Origin: Centroscyllium fabricii
Lineage: Eukaryota
Length of the DNA stretch: 64,000 nt
Assembly (NCBI GenBank): GCA_051313645.2
Contig: JBNRSN020000018.1
Span: 16,058,001 to 16,122,000, forward strand
Reading direction: 5' to 3'
The translations under genes were made by a program, and so were the position numbers. Position 1 is the stretch's first letter. Each line of letters begins with the position of its first letter. Below the pieces are notes generated by a model that worked only from the letters and a program-made list of their open reading frames with translations, had not been told where the DNA came from and did not search any database. This document shows, piece by piece, positions 10,231-24,900 of this stretch.

Positions 10231-13200
10231 ATAAGTGTGTGTAATGATTGTGACTAATGACTGTGTCTAATGACTGTGCGTAATGACTGTGTGTAATGAC
10301 TGTGAGTAATGATTGTGCATACCGACTGTGAGTAATGACTGAGTAACAACTGTGCGTAATAACTGTGCATAACAACTGCGCAAAATGAGTGTGCATATTG
10401 ATTGTGTGTAATGACTGTGTGTAACGACTGTGAGTAACAATTGTGTGTAATGACTTTGTGTAATGACTGTGCATGATGACTGTGCATAACGACTGTGAAT
10501 AACGATTGTGTGTAATGACTGTGTGTATTGACTGTGAGTAACAACTGTGCAACACGACTATGTGTAATGACTGTGCATAATGACTGGAGAAACAACTGTG
10601 TTTAGCGACTGTGTGTAATGACTATGTGTAATAACCGTGTGTAATGACTGCATAATGACTGTGTGTAATAACTGTGTGTAATGACTGTATGTACTGACTG
10701 TGTGTAATGAGTGTGTGTAAAGACTGTGAGTAATGACTGTGTTTAGTGACTGTGTAATGAGTGTGTGTAATGACTTTATGTAACAAATGTGTGTAATGAG
10801 TGTGTGTAACAACTGTGTAATGACTGTTCGTAATGACTGTGAGTAACGAATGTGTGTAATAAGTGTGTGTAATGATTGTGAGTAATGACTGTGCCTAACA
10901 ACTGTGAGTAATGACTGTGTGTAATGATTGTGAGTGACGACTGTGAGTAATGACTGTGACTAATGACTGTGAGTAATGATTGTGTGTACCGACTGTGAGT
11001 AATGACTGTGAGTAATGACTGTGCGTAATAAATATGGGTAATGCCTGTGAGTAATGACTGTGTGTACCAACTGTGCATAACAACTGTGCATAATGAGTAT
11101 GCATAACAATTGTGTGTAACAACTGTGTGTAACGACTGTGAGTAATGATTGTGTGTAACGACTTTGTGTCGTGACTGTGCATGACGAGTGTACATAACGA
11201 CTGTGAATAACAATTGTGTGTAATGACTGCATATTGACTGTGAGTAACAACTGTCAACGCAACTATGTATAATGACTGTGCATAACGACTGGAGTAACGA
11301 TTGTGTTTAATGACTGTGTGTAATAACTGTGTGTAATGACTGCGTAATGACTGTGTGTAATAACTGTGTGCAATGACTGTGTGTAATGACTGTGTGTAAC
11401 GATTGTGCATAATGACTGTGCATAATGACTGAGTAACGACTGTGCGTAATGACTGTGAGTAATAATTGTGTGTAACAACTTTGTGTAATGACTGTGCATG
11501 ATGACTGTGCATAACGACTGTGAATAATGATTGTGTGTAATGACTGTGTGTAATGACTGTGCGTAATGACTGTGTGTAATGATTGTGTAATGACTGTGGG
11601 TAACGACTGTGTGTAATGACTGTGTGTATTGACTGTGCATAATAACTGTGCATAACGACTGTGTAATGACTGTGGGTAATGACTGTGAGTAATGTCTGTG
11701 TAACAAATGTGTGTAATGAATGTGAGTAATGATGGTGTGTAATGATTGTGAGTAATGACTGTGTGTAATGAATGTGTGTAACGAATGTGCATAACAACTG
11801 TGAGTAATGACTGTGAGTAACGATTGTGTGTAATGACTGTGCATAATGACTGCGTAACGACTGTGGGTAACGACTGTGTGTAACGACTGTGTGTAACGAC
11901 TGTGTGTATTGACTGTGCGTAATGACTGTGCATAACATCTGTGTAATGACTGTGGGTAATGACTGTGAGTAATGTCTGTGATTAACAACTGCGTAACAAA
12001 TGTGTGTAATGATTGTGAGTAATGACTGTGTGTAATGACTGTGAGTAATGATTGTGTGTAATGACTGTGTATAATGACTGTGTGTAATGGCTGTGTGTAA
12101 TGACTGTGCACAACAGCTGTGCATAATGACTGTGAGTAACAACTGTGTGTAATGACAGAGAGTAACGATGGTGTGTAACAGCTGTGAGTAATGACTGTGA
12201 GCAACGATGGTGTGTAATGAATGTGAGTAACTATTATGTGTAACGATCATGTGTAATGACTGTGCATAACAACTGTGTGTAATGACTGTGTAATGATTGT
12301 GCTTAATGACTGTGCATAATGACTGTGCATAACAACTGTGCATAATGACTGTGCATAATGATTTTACGTAACAACTGTGAGAAATGAGTGTGCGGAATGA
12401 CTATGCATAATGATTGTGTGGAATGATTGTGTGTAATGTCTGTGCATAATGACTGTGTTTAATGACTGTGCATAATGACTGTGTGTAATGACTGTGAGTA
12501 ATGACTGTGTGTAATGACTGTGTGCAATGACTGTGCATAATGAATGTGTGTAATAAGTGTGCATAACAACTGTGCATAATGAGTATGCATAACAATTGTG
12601 TGTAACAACTGTGTGTAACGACTGTGAGTAATGATTGTGTGTAACGACTTTGTGTCGTGACTGTGCATGACGAGTGTACATAACGACTGTGAATAACAAT
12701 TGTGTGTAATGACTGCATATTAACTGTGAGTAACAACTGTCAACGCAACTATGTATAATGACTGTGCATAACGACTGGAGTAACGATTGTGTTTAATGAC
12801 TGTGTGTAATAACTGTGTGTAATGACTGCGTAATGACTGTGTGTAATAACTGTGTGCAATGACTGTGTGCAATGACTGTGTGTAACGATTGTGCATAATG
12901 ACTGTGCATAATGACTGAGTAACGACTGTGCGTAATGACTGTGAGTAATAATTGTGTGTAACAACTTTGTGTAATGACTGTGCATGATGACTGTGCATAA
13001 CGACTGTGAATAATGATTGTGTGTAATGACTGTGTGTAATGACTGTGCGTAATGACTGTGTGTAATGATTGTGTAATGACTGTGGGTAACGACTGTGTGT
13101 AACGACTGTGTGTATTGACTGTGCATAATAACTGTGCATAACGACTGTGTAATGACTGTGGGTAATGACTGTGAGTAATGTCTGTGTAACAAATGTGTGT

Positions 13201-16200
13201 AATGAATGTGAGTAATGATGGTGTGTAATGATTGTGAGTAATGACTGTGTGTAATGAATGTGTGTAACGAATGTGCATAACAACTGTGAGTAATGACTGT
13301 GAGTAACGATTGTGTGTAATGACTGTGCATAATGACTGCGTAACGACTGTGGGTAACGACTGTGTGTAACGACTGTGTGTATTGACTGTGCGTAATGACT
13401 GTGCATAACATCTGTGTAATGACTGTGGGTAATGACTGTGAGTAATGTCTGTGATTAACAACTGCGTAACAAATGTGTGTAATGATTGTGAGTAATGACT
13501 GTGTGTAATGACTGTGAGTAATGATTGTGTGTAATGACTGTGTATAATGACTGTGTGTAATGGCTGTGTGTAATGACTGTGCACAACAGCTGTGCATAAT
13601 GACTGTGAGTAACAACTGTGTGTAATGACAGAGAGTAACGATGGTGTGTAACAGCTGTGAGTAATGACTGTGAGCAACGATGGTGTGTAATGAATGTGAG
13701 TAACTATTATGTGTAACGATCATGTGTAATGACTGTGCATAACAACTGTGTGTAATGACTGTGTAATGATTGTGCTTAATGACTGTGCATAATGACTGTG
13801 CATAACAACTGTGCATAATGACTGTGCATAATGATTTTACGTAACAACTGTGAGAAATGAGTGTGCGGAATGACTATGCATAATGATTGTGTGGAATGAT
13901 TGTGTGTAATGTCTGTGCATAATGACTGTGTTTAATGACTGTGCATAATGACTGTGTGTAATGACTGTGAGTAATGACTGTGTGTAATGACTGTGTGCAA
14001 TGACTGTGCATAATGACTGTGAGTAACGACTGCACGTAATGACTGTGTAATGGCCGTGCGTAACAACTGTGCGTAAAGACTGTGCATAATGACTGTGCGT
14101 AATGACCATGCATATTGACTGTGCATAATGATGTGTGTAATGACTGTGAGCAATGAATGTGTGTAATAAGTGTGTGTAACAATTGTGAGTAATGACTGTG
14201 CATAATGACCGTGAGTAATGACTGTGTGTAATGACTGTGAGTAACAACTGTGAGTAATGACTGTGCATAATAACTGTGGGTAATGACTGTGAGTAATGAC
14301 TGTGAGTAATGACTGTGAGTAATGACTGTGCATAATAACTGTGGGTAATGACTGTGAGTAAGGACTGTGTGTACCAACTGTGCATAACAATTGCACATAA
14401 TGAGTGTCTGTAACGATTGTGTGTAATGACTGTGCGTAATGACTGTGAGTAATGATTGTGTGTAACGACTTTGTGTAATGACTGTGAGTAACGATTGTGT
14501 GTAACGACTTTGTGTAATGACTGTGCATGACGACTGTGCATAACAACTGTGAATAACGATTGTGTGTAATGACTGTGTGTATTAACTGTGAGTAACAGCT
14601 GTGTGACACGACTATGGGTAATGACTGTGCATAATGACTGGAGTAATGACTGTGTGTAACAACTGTGTGTAATAACTGTGTGCAATGACTGTGTGTAATG
14701 AAAATGCATAATGATTGTGTGTAATGACTGTGAGTAATGATTGTGTTTAGTGACTGTGTAATGAGTGTGTGTAATGACTATGTGTAATGAATGTGTGTAA
14801 TGAGTGTGTGTAATGACTGCGTGTAATGACTGTGCATAACGATTGTGCATAATGACTGTGTGTAATGACTGTGAGTAATGAATGTGTGTAATAAGTGTGT
14901 GTAATGATTGTGAGTGATGACTGTGTGTAATGACTGTGCATAATGACTGTGTGTAATGACTGTGAGTAACGACTGTGAGTAATGACTGTGAGTAATGACT
15001 GTGAGTAATGATTGTGCATACCGACTGTGAGTAATGACTGTGAGTAATGACTGTGCGTAATAACTGTGCATAACAACTGCGCAAAATGAGTGTGCATAAT
15101 GATTGTGTGTAATGACTGTGCATATTGACTGTGAGTAACAACTGTGCGACACGACTATGTGTAATGAATGTGCATAATGACTGGAGAAATAACTGTGTTT
15201 AGCGACTGTGTGTAACGACTGTGTGTAATAACTGTTTGTAATGACTGCGTAATGACTGTGTGTACTAACTGTGTGTAATGACTGTATGTACTGACTGTGT
15301 GTAATGAGTGTGTTTAATGACTGTGAGTAATAACTGTGTTTAGTGACTGTGTAATGTGTGTGTAATGACTGTGTGTAACAAATGTGTGTAATGAGTGTGT
15401 GCAATGACTGTGTTATGACTGTGCGTAACGACTGTGAGTCACAAATGTGTGTAATACATGTGTGTAATGATTGTGAGTAATGACTGTGTGTAATGACTGT
15501 GAGCAACAACTGTGAGTAATGAATGTGAGAAACTACTTTGTGTAACGGCCATGTGCAATGACTGTGCATAACGACTGTGCATAACAACTGTGTGTAATGA
15601 TTGTGTGTAATGATTGTGCTTAATGATTGTGCATAATGACTGTGCATAACGACTGTGCATAATGATAGTACGTAACAGCTGTGAGTAACGAGTGTGCGGA
15701 ATGACTATGCATAACAATTGTGTGGAATGATTGTGTGTAATGCCTGTGCATAATTACTGTGTTTAATGACTGTGCATAATGACTGTGTGTAATGACTGTG
15801 AGTAATGACTGTATGTAATGACTGTATGTAATGGCTGTGCATAACGAATGTAAGTAACGACTGTGCGTAACAACTGTGTAATGACTGTGCGTAACAACTG
15901 TGTGTAAAGACTGTGCATAACGAATGTGTGTAATGATTGTGAGTAATGAATGTGTGTAATAAGTGTGTGTAACAATTGTGAGTAATAACTGTGCATAATG
16001 ACTGTGAGTAATGACTGTGTGTAATGACCTGTGAGTAACGACTGAGTAATGACTGTGAGTAATGACTGTGAGTAACGACTGTGTGTAATAACTGTGGGTA
16101 ATGCCTGTGAGTAATGACTGTGTGTACCAACTCTGCAAAACAACTGTGCATAATGAGTGCGTGTAATGATTGTGTGTAATGACTGTGCATAACGACTGTG

Positions 16201-16619
16201 AGTAACGATTGTGTGTAACGACTTTGTGTAATGACTGTGCATGATGACTGTGCATAACAACTGTGAATAACGATTGTGTGTAATGAGTGTATGTATTAAC
16301 TGTGAGTAACAACTGTGCGACACGACTATGTGTAATGACTAGATTAACGACTGTGTTTAATGACTGTGTGTAATGACTGTGTGTAATAACTGCGTGTAAT
16401 GACTGCATAATGACTGTGTGTAATAACTGTGTGCAATGACTGTGTGTAATGAATGTGCATTAAATTGTGTGTAATGACTGTGAGTAATGACTGTGTTTAG
16501 TGACTGTGTAATGAGTGTGTGTAATGAGTGTGTGTAACCACTGCATGTAATGACTATGCGTAACGACTGTGCATAATGACTGTGTGTAATGACTGTGAGT
16601 GACAAATGTGTGTAATAAG

Positions 16620-16826
16620 TGTGGTAATATTGAATAGACTTCCGGGGAAGGCTAAGGGGTGAACTCTGTATATGTCACTTCCTGTTTTCTATTAGTATAA
16701 ATACTGGAACTGCTCAGTATGGGGGAACGCTTCACCTGGAAGCATGGTAAAACCTGTCTTTGTACATAGTGATAATGTAGTGGATTGCTTTAAGTTGTTG
16801 ATGTATCAGACTCCATTATTACATCA
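16620..16826 (+). mobile_element. 207-bp solo-LTR-like insert, copy 2
   Basis: Same sequence and flanks as copy 1. Confidence 0.8.
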
Positions 16827-19800
16827 ATAAGTGTGTGTAATGATTGTGACTAATGACTGTGTCTAATGACTGTGCGTAATGACTGTGTGTAATGACTGTG
16901 AGTAATGATTGTGCATACCGACTGTGAGTAATGACTGAGTAACAACTGTGTGTAATAACTGTGCATAACAACTGCGCAAAATGAGTGTGCATATTGATTG
17001 TGTGTAATGACTGTGTGTAACGACTGTGAGTAACAATTGTGTGTAATGACTTTGTGTAATGACTGTGCAGGATGACTGTGCATAACGACTGTGAATAACG
17101 ATTGTGTGTAATGACTGTGTGTATTGACTGTGAGTAACAACTGTGCAACACGACTATGTGTAATGACTGTGCATAATGACTGGAGAAACAACTGTGTTTA
17201 GCGACTGTGTGTAATGACTATGTGTAATAACCGTGTGTAATGACTGCATAATGACTGTGTGTAATAACTGTGTGTAATGACTGTATGTACTGACTGTGTG
17301 TAATGAGTGTGTGTAAAGACTGTGAGTAATGACTGTGTTTAGTGACTGTGTAATGAGTGTGTGTAATGACTTTATGTAACAAATGTGTGTAATGAGTGTG
17401 TGTAACAACTGTGTAATGACTGTTCGTAATGACTGTGAGTAACGAATGTGTGTAATAAGTGTGTGTAATGATTGTGAGTAATGACTGTGCCTAACAACTG
17501 TGAGTAATGACTGTGTGTAATGATTGTGAGTGACGACTGTGAGTAATGACTGTGACTAATGACTGTGAGTAATGATTGTGTGTACCGACTGTGAGTAATG
17601 ACTGTGAGTAATGACTGTGCGTAATAAATATGGGTAATGCCTGTGAGTAATGACTGTGTGTACCAACTGTGCATAACAACTGTGCATAATGAGTATGCAT
17701 AACAATTGTGTGTAACAACTGTGTGTAACAACTGTGAGTAATGATTGTGTGTAACGACTTTGTGTCGTGACTGTGCATGACGAGTGTACATAACGACTGT
17801 GAATAACAATTGTGTGTAATGACTGCATATTGACTGTGAGTAACAACTGTCAACGCAACTATGTATAATGACTGTGCATAACGACTGGAGTAACGATTGT
17901 GTTTAATGACTGTGTGTAATAGCTGTGTGTAATGACTGCGTAATGACTGTGTGTAATAACTGTGTGCAATGACTGTGTGTAATGACTGTGTGTAACGATT
18001 GTGCATAATGACTGTGCATAATGACTGAGTAACGACTGTGCGTAATGACTGTGAGTAATAATTGTGTGTAACAACTTTGTGTAATGACTGTGCATGATGA
18101 CTGTGCATAACGACTGTGAATAATGATTGTGTGTAATGACTGTGTGTAATGACTGTGCGTAATGACTGTGTGTAATGATTGTGTAATGACTGTGGGTAAC
18201 GACTGTGTGTAATGACTGTGTGTATTGACTGTGCATAATAACTGTGCATAACGACTGTGTAATGACTGTGGGTAATGACTGTGAGTAATGTCTGTGTAAC
18301 AAATGTGTGTAATGAATGTGAGTAATGATGGTGTGTAATGATTGTGAGTAATGACTGTGTGTAATGAATGTGTGTAACGAATGTGCATAACAACTGTGAG
18401 TAATGACTGTGAGTAACGATTGTGTGTAATGACTGTGCATAATGACTGCGTAACGACTGTGGGTAATGACTGTGTGTAACGACTGTGTGTAACGACTGTG
18501 TGTATTGACTGTGCGTAATGACTGTGCATAACATCTGTGTAATGACTGTGGGTAATGACTGTGAGTAATGTCTGTGATTAACAACTGCGTAACAAATGTG
18601 TGTAATGATTGTGAGTAATGACTGTGTGTAATGACTGTGAGTAATGATTGTGTGTAATGACTGTGTATAATGACTGTGTGTAATGGCTGTGTGTAATGAC
18701 TGTGCACAACAGCTGTGCATAATGACTGTGAGTAACAACTGTGTGTAATGACAGAGAGTAACGATGGTGTGTAACAGCTGTGAGTAATGACTGTGAGCAA
18801 CGATGGTGTGTAATGAATGTGAGTAACTATTATGTGTAACGATCATGTGTAATGACTGTGCATAACAACTGTGTGTAATGACTGTGTAATGATTGTGCTT
18901 AATGACTGTGCATAATGACTGTGCATAACAACTGTGCATAATGACTGTGCATAATGATTTTATGTAACAACTGTGAGAAATGAGTGTGCGGAATGACTAT
19001 GCATAATGATTGTGTGGAATGATTGTGTGTAATGTCTGTGCATAATGACTGTGTTTAATGACTGTGCATAATGACTGTGTGTAATGACTGTGAGTAATGA
19101 CTGTGTGTAATGACTGTGTGCAATGACTGTGCATAATGACTGTGAGTAACGACTGCACGTAATGACTGTGTAATGGCCGTGCGTAACAACTGTGCGTAAA
19201 GACTGTGCATAATGACTGTGCGTAATGACCATGCATATTGACTGTGCATAATGATGTGTGTAATGACTGTGAGCAATGAATGTGTGTAATAAGTGTGTGT
19301 AACAATTGTGAGTAATGACTGTGCATAACGACTGTGAGTAATGACTGTGTGTAATGACTGTGAGTAACAACTGTGAGTAATGACTGTGCATAATAACTGT
19401 GGGTAATGACTGTGAGTAATGACTGTGAGTAATGACTGTGAGTAATGACTGTGCATAATAACTGTGGGTAATGACTGTGAGTAAGGACTGTGTGTACCAA
19501 CTGTGCATAACAATTGCACATAATGAGTGTCTGTAACGATTGTGTGTAATGACTGTGCGTAATGACTGTGAGTAATGATTGTGTGTAACGACTTTGTGTA
19601 ATGACTGTGAGTAACGATTGTGTGTAACGACTTTGTGTAATGACTGTGCATGACGACTGTGCATAACAACTGTGAATAACGATTGTGTGTAATGACTGTG
19701 TGTATTAACTGTGAGTAACAGCTGTGTGACACGACTATGGGTAATGACTGTGCATAATGACTGGAGTAATGACTGTGTGTAACAACTGTGTGTAATAACT

Positions 19801-21742
19801 GTGTGCAATGACTGTGTGTAATGAAAATGCATAATGATTGTGTGTAATGACTGTGAGTAATGATTGTGTTTAGTGACTGTGTAATGAGTGTGTGTAATGA
19901 CTATGTGTAATGAATGTGTGTAATGAGTGTGTGTAACGACTGCGTGTAATGACTGTGCATAACGATTGTGCATAATGACTGTGTGTAATGACTGTGAGTA
20001 ATGAATGTGTGTAATAAGTGTGTGTAATGATTGTGAGTGATGACTGTGTGTAATGACTGTGCATAATGACTGTGTGTAATGACTGTGAGTAACGACTGTG
20101 AGTAATGACTGTGAGTAATGACTGTGAGTAATGATTGTGCATACCGACTGTGAGTAATGACTGTGAGTAATGACTGTGCGTAATAACTGTGCATAACAAC
20201 TGCGCAAAATGAGTGTGCATAATGATTGTGTGTAATGACTGTGCATATTGACTGTGAGTAACAACTGTGCGACACGACTATGTGTAATGAATGTGCATAA
20301 TGACTGGAGAAATAACTGTGTTTAGCGACTGTGTGTAACGACTGTGTGTAATAACTGTTTGTAATGACTGCGTAATGACTGTGTGTACTAACTGTGTGTA
20401 ATGACTGTATGTACTGACTGTGTGTAATGAGTGTGTTTAATGACTGTGAGTAATAACTGTGTTTAGTGACTGTGTAATGTGTGTGTAATGACTGTGTGTA
20501 ACAAATGTGTGTAATGAGTGTGTGCAATGACTGTGTTATGACTGTGCGTAACGACTGTGAGTCACAAATGTGTGTAATACATGTGTGTAATGATTGTGAG
20601 TAATGACTGTGTGTAATGACTGTGAGCAACAACTGTGAGTAATGAATGTGAGAAACTACTTTGTGTAACGGTCATGTGCAATGACTGTGCATAACGACTG
20701 TGCATAACAACTGTGTGTAATGATTGTGTGTAATGATTGTGCTTAATGATTGTGCATAATGACTGTGCATAACGACTGTGCATAATGATAGTACGTAACA
20801 GCTGTGAGTAACGAGTGTGCGGAATGACTATGCATAACAATTGTGTGGAACGATTGTGTGTAATGCCTGTGCATAATTACTGTGTTTAATGACTGTGCAT
20901 AATGACTGTGTGTAATGACTGTGAGTAATGACTGTATGTAATGACTGTATGTAATGGCTGTGCATAACGAATGTAAGTAACGACTGGGCGTAACAACTGT
21001 GTAATGACTGTGCGTAACAACTGTGTGTAAAGACTGTGCATAACGAATGTGTGTAATGATTGTGAGTAATGAATGTGTGTAATAAGTGTGTGTAACAATT
21101 GTGAGTAATAACTGTGCATAATGACTGTGAGTAATGACTGTGTGTAATGACCTGTGAGTAACGACTGAGTAATGACTGTGAGTAACGACTGTGAGTAACG
21201 ACTGTGTGTAATAACTGTGGGTAATGCCTGTGAGTAATGACTGTGTGTACCAACTCTGCAAAACAACTGTGCATAATGAGTGCGTGTAATGATTGTGTGT
21301 AATGACTGTGCATAACGACTGTGAGTAACGATTGTGTGTAACGACTTTGTGTAATGACTGTGCATGATGACTGTGCATAACAACTGTGAATAACGATTGT
21401 GTGTAATGAGTGTATGTATTAACTGTGAGTAACAACTGTGCGACACAACTATGTGTAATGACTGGATTAACGACTGTGTTTAATGACTGTGTGTAATGAC
21501 TGTGTGTAATAACTGCGTGTAATGACTGCATAATGTCTGTGTGTAATAACTGTGTGCAATGACTGTGTGTAATGAATGTGCATTAAATTGTGTGTAATGA
21601 CTGTGAGTAATGACTGTGTTTAGTGACTGTGTAATGAGTGTGTGTAATGAGTGTGTGTAACCACTGCGTGTAATGACTATGCGTAACGACTGTGCATAAT
21701 GACTGTGTGTAATGACTGTGAGTGACAAATGTGTGTAATAAG

Positions 21743-21949
21743 TGTGGTAATATTGAATAGACTTCCGGGGAAGGCTAAGGGGTGAACTCTGTATATGTCA
21801 CTTCCTGTTTTCTATTAGTATAAATACTGGAACTGCTCAGTATGGGGGAACGCTTCACCTGGAAGCATGGTAAAACCTGTCTTTGTACATAGTGATAATG
21901 TAGTGGATTGCTTTAAGTTGTTGATGTATCAGACTCCATTATTACATCA
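21743..21949 (+). mobile_element. 207-bp solo-LTR-like insert, copy 3
   Basis: Same sequence and flanks as copy 1. Confidence 0.8.
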
Positions 21950-24900
21950 ATAAGTGTGTGTAATGATTGTGACTAATGACTGTGTCTAATGACTGTGCGT
22001 AATGACTGTGTGTAATGACTGTGAGTAATGATTGTGCATACCGACTGTGAGTAATGACTGAGTAACAACTGTGCGTAATAACTGTGCATAACAACTGCGC
22101 AAAATGAGTGTGCATATTGATTGTGTGTAATGACTGTGTGTAACGACTGTGAGTAACAATTGTGTGTAATGACTTTGTGTAATGACTGTGCAGGATGACT
22201 GTGCATAACGACTGTGAATAACGATTGTGTGTAATGACTGTGTGTATTGACTGTGAGTAACAACTGTGCAACACGACTATGTGTAATGACTGTGCATAAT
22301 GACTGGAGAAACAACTGTGTTTAGCGACTGTGTGTAATGACTATGTGTAATAACCGTGTGTAATGACTGCATAATGACTGTGTGTAATAACTGTGTGTAA
22401 TGACTGTATGTACTGACTGTGTGTAATGAGTGTGTGTAAAGACTGTGAGTAATGACTGTGTTTAGTGACTGTGTAATGAGTGTGTGTAATGACTTTATGT
22501 AACAAATGTGTGTAATGAGTGTGTGTAACAACTGTGTAATGACTGTTCGTAATGACTGTGAGTAACGAATGTGTGTAATAAGTGTGTGTAATGATTGTGA
22601 GTAATGACTGTGCCTAACAACTGTGAGTAATGACTGTGTGTAATGATTGTGAGTGACGACTGTGAGTAATGACTGTGACTAATGACTGTGAGTAATGATT
22701 GTGTGTACCGACTGTGAGTAATGACTGTGAGTAATGACTGTGCGTAATAAATATGGGTAATGCCTGTGAGTAATGACTGTGTGTACCAACTGTGCATAAC
22801 AACTGTGCATAATGAGTATGCATAACAATTGTGTGTAACAACTGTGTGTAACGACTGTGAGTAATGATTGTGTGTAACGACTTTGTGTCGTGACTGTGCA
22901 TGACGAGTGTACATAACGACTGTGAATAACAATTGTGTGTAATGACTGCATATTGACTGTGAGTAACAACTGTCAACGCAACTATGTATAATGACTGTGC
23001 ATAACGACTGGAGTAACGATTGTGTTTAATGACTGTGTGTAATAACTGTGTGTAATGACTGTGTAATGACTGTGTGTAATAACTGTGTGCAATGACTGTG
23101 TGTAATGACTGTGTGTAACGATTGTGCATAATGACTGTGCATAATGACTGAGTAACGACTGTGCGTAATGACTGTGAGTAATAATTGTGTGTAACAACTT
23201 TGTGTAATGACTGTGCATGATGACTGTGCATAACGACTGTGAATAATGATTGTGTGTAATGACTGTGTGTAATGACTGTGCGTAATGACTGTGTGTAATG
23301 ATTGTGTAATGACTGTGGGTAACGACTGTGTGTAATGACTGTGTGTATTGACTGTGCATAATAACTGTGCATAACGACTGTGTAATGACTGTGGGTAATG
23401 ACTGTGAGTAATGTCTGTGTAACAAATGTGTGTAATGAATGTGAGTAATGATGGTGTGTAATGATTGTGAGTAATGACTGTGTGTAATGAATGTGTGTAA
23501 CGAATGTGCATAACAACTGTGAGTAATGACTGTGAGTAACGATTGTGTGTAATGACTGTGCATAATGACTGCGTAACGACTGTGGGTAACGACTGTGTGT
23601 AACGACTGTGTGTAACGACTGTGTGTATTGACTGTGCGTAATGACTGTGCATAACATCTGTGTAATGACTGTGGGTAATGACTGTGAGTAATGTCTGTGA
23701 TTAACAACTGCGTAACAAATGTGTGTAATGATTGTGAGTAATGACTGTGTGTAATGACTGTGAGTAATGATTGTGTGTAATGACTGTGTATAATGACTGT
23801 GTGTAATGGCTGTGTGTAATGACTGTGCACAACAGCTGTGCATAATGACTGTGAGTAACAACTGTGTGTAATGACAGAGAGTAACGATGGTGTGTAACAG
23901 CTGTGAGTAATGACTGTGAGCAACGATGGTGTGTAATGAATGTGAGTAACTATTATGTGTAACGATCATGTGTAATGACTGTGCATAACAACTGTGTGTA
24001 ATGACTGTGTAATGATTGTGCTTAATGACTGTGCATAATGACTGTGCATAACAACTGTGCATAATGACTGTGCATAATGATTTTACGTAACAACTGTGAG
24101 AAATGAGTGTGCGGAATGACTATGCATAATGATTGTGTGGAATGATTGTGTGTAATGTCTGTGCATAATGACTGTGTTTAATGACTGTGCATAATGACTG
24201 TGTGTAATGACTGTGAGTAATGACTGTGTGTAATGACTGTGTGCAATGACTGTGCATAATGACTGTGAGTAACGACTGCACGTAATGACTGTGTAATGGC
24301 CGTGCGTAACAACTGTGCGTAAAGACTGTGCATAATGACTGTGCGTAATGACCATGCATATTGACTGTGCATAATGATGTGTGTAATGACTGTGAGCAAT
24401 GAATGTGTGTAATAAGTGTGTGTAACAATTGTGAGTAATGACTGTGCATAACGACTGTGAGTAATGACTGTGTGTAATGACTGTGAGTAACAACTGTGAG
24501 TAATGACTGTGCATAATAACTGTGGGTAATGACTGTGAGTAATGACTGTGAGTAATGACTGTGAGTAATGACTGTGCATAATAACTGTGGGTAATGACTG
24601 TGAGTAAGGACTGTGTGTACCAACTGTGCATAACAATTGCACATAATGAGTGTCTGTAACGATTGTGTGTAATGACTGTGCGTAATGACTGTGAGTAATG
24701 ATTGTGTGTAACGACTTTGTGTAATGACTGTGAGTAACGATTGTGTGTAACGACTTTGTGTAATGACTGTGCATGATGACTGTGCATAACAACTGTGAAT
24801 AACGATTGTGTGTAATGACTGTGTGTATTAACTGTGAGTAACAGCTGTGTGACACGACTATGGGTAATGACTGTGCATAATGACTGGAGTAATGACTGTG

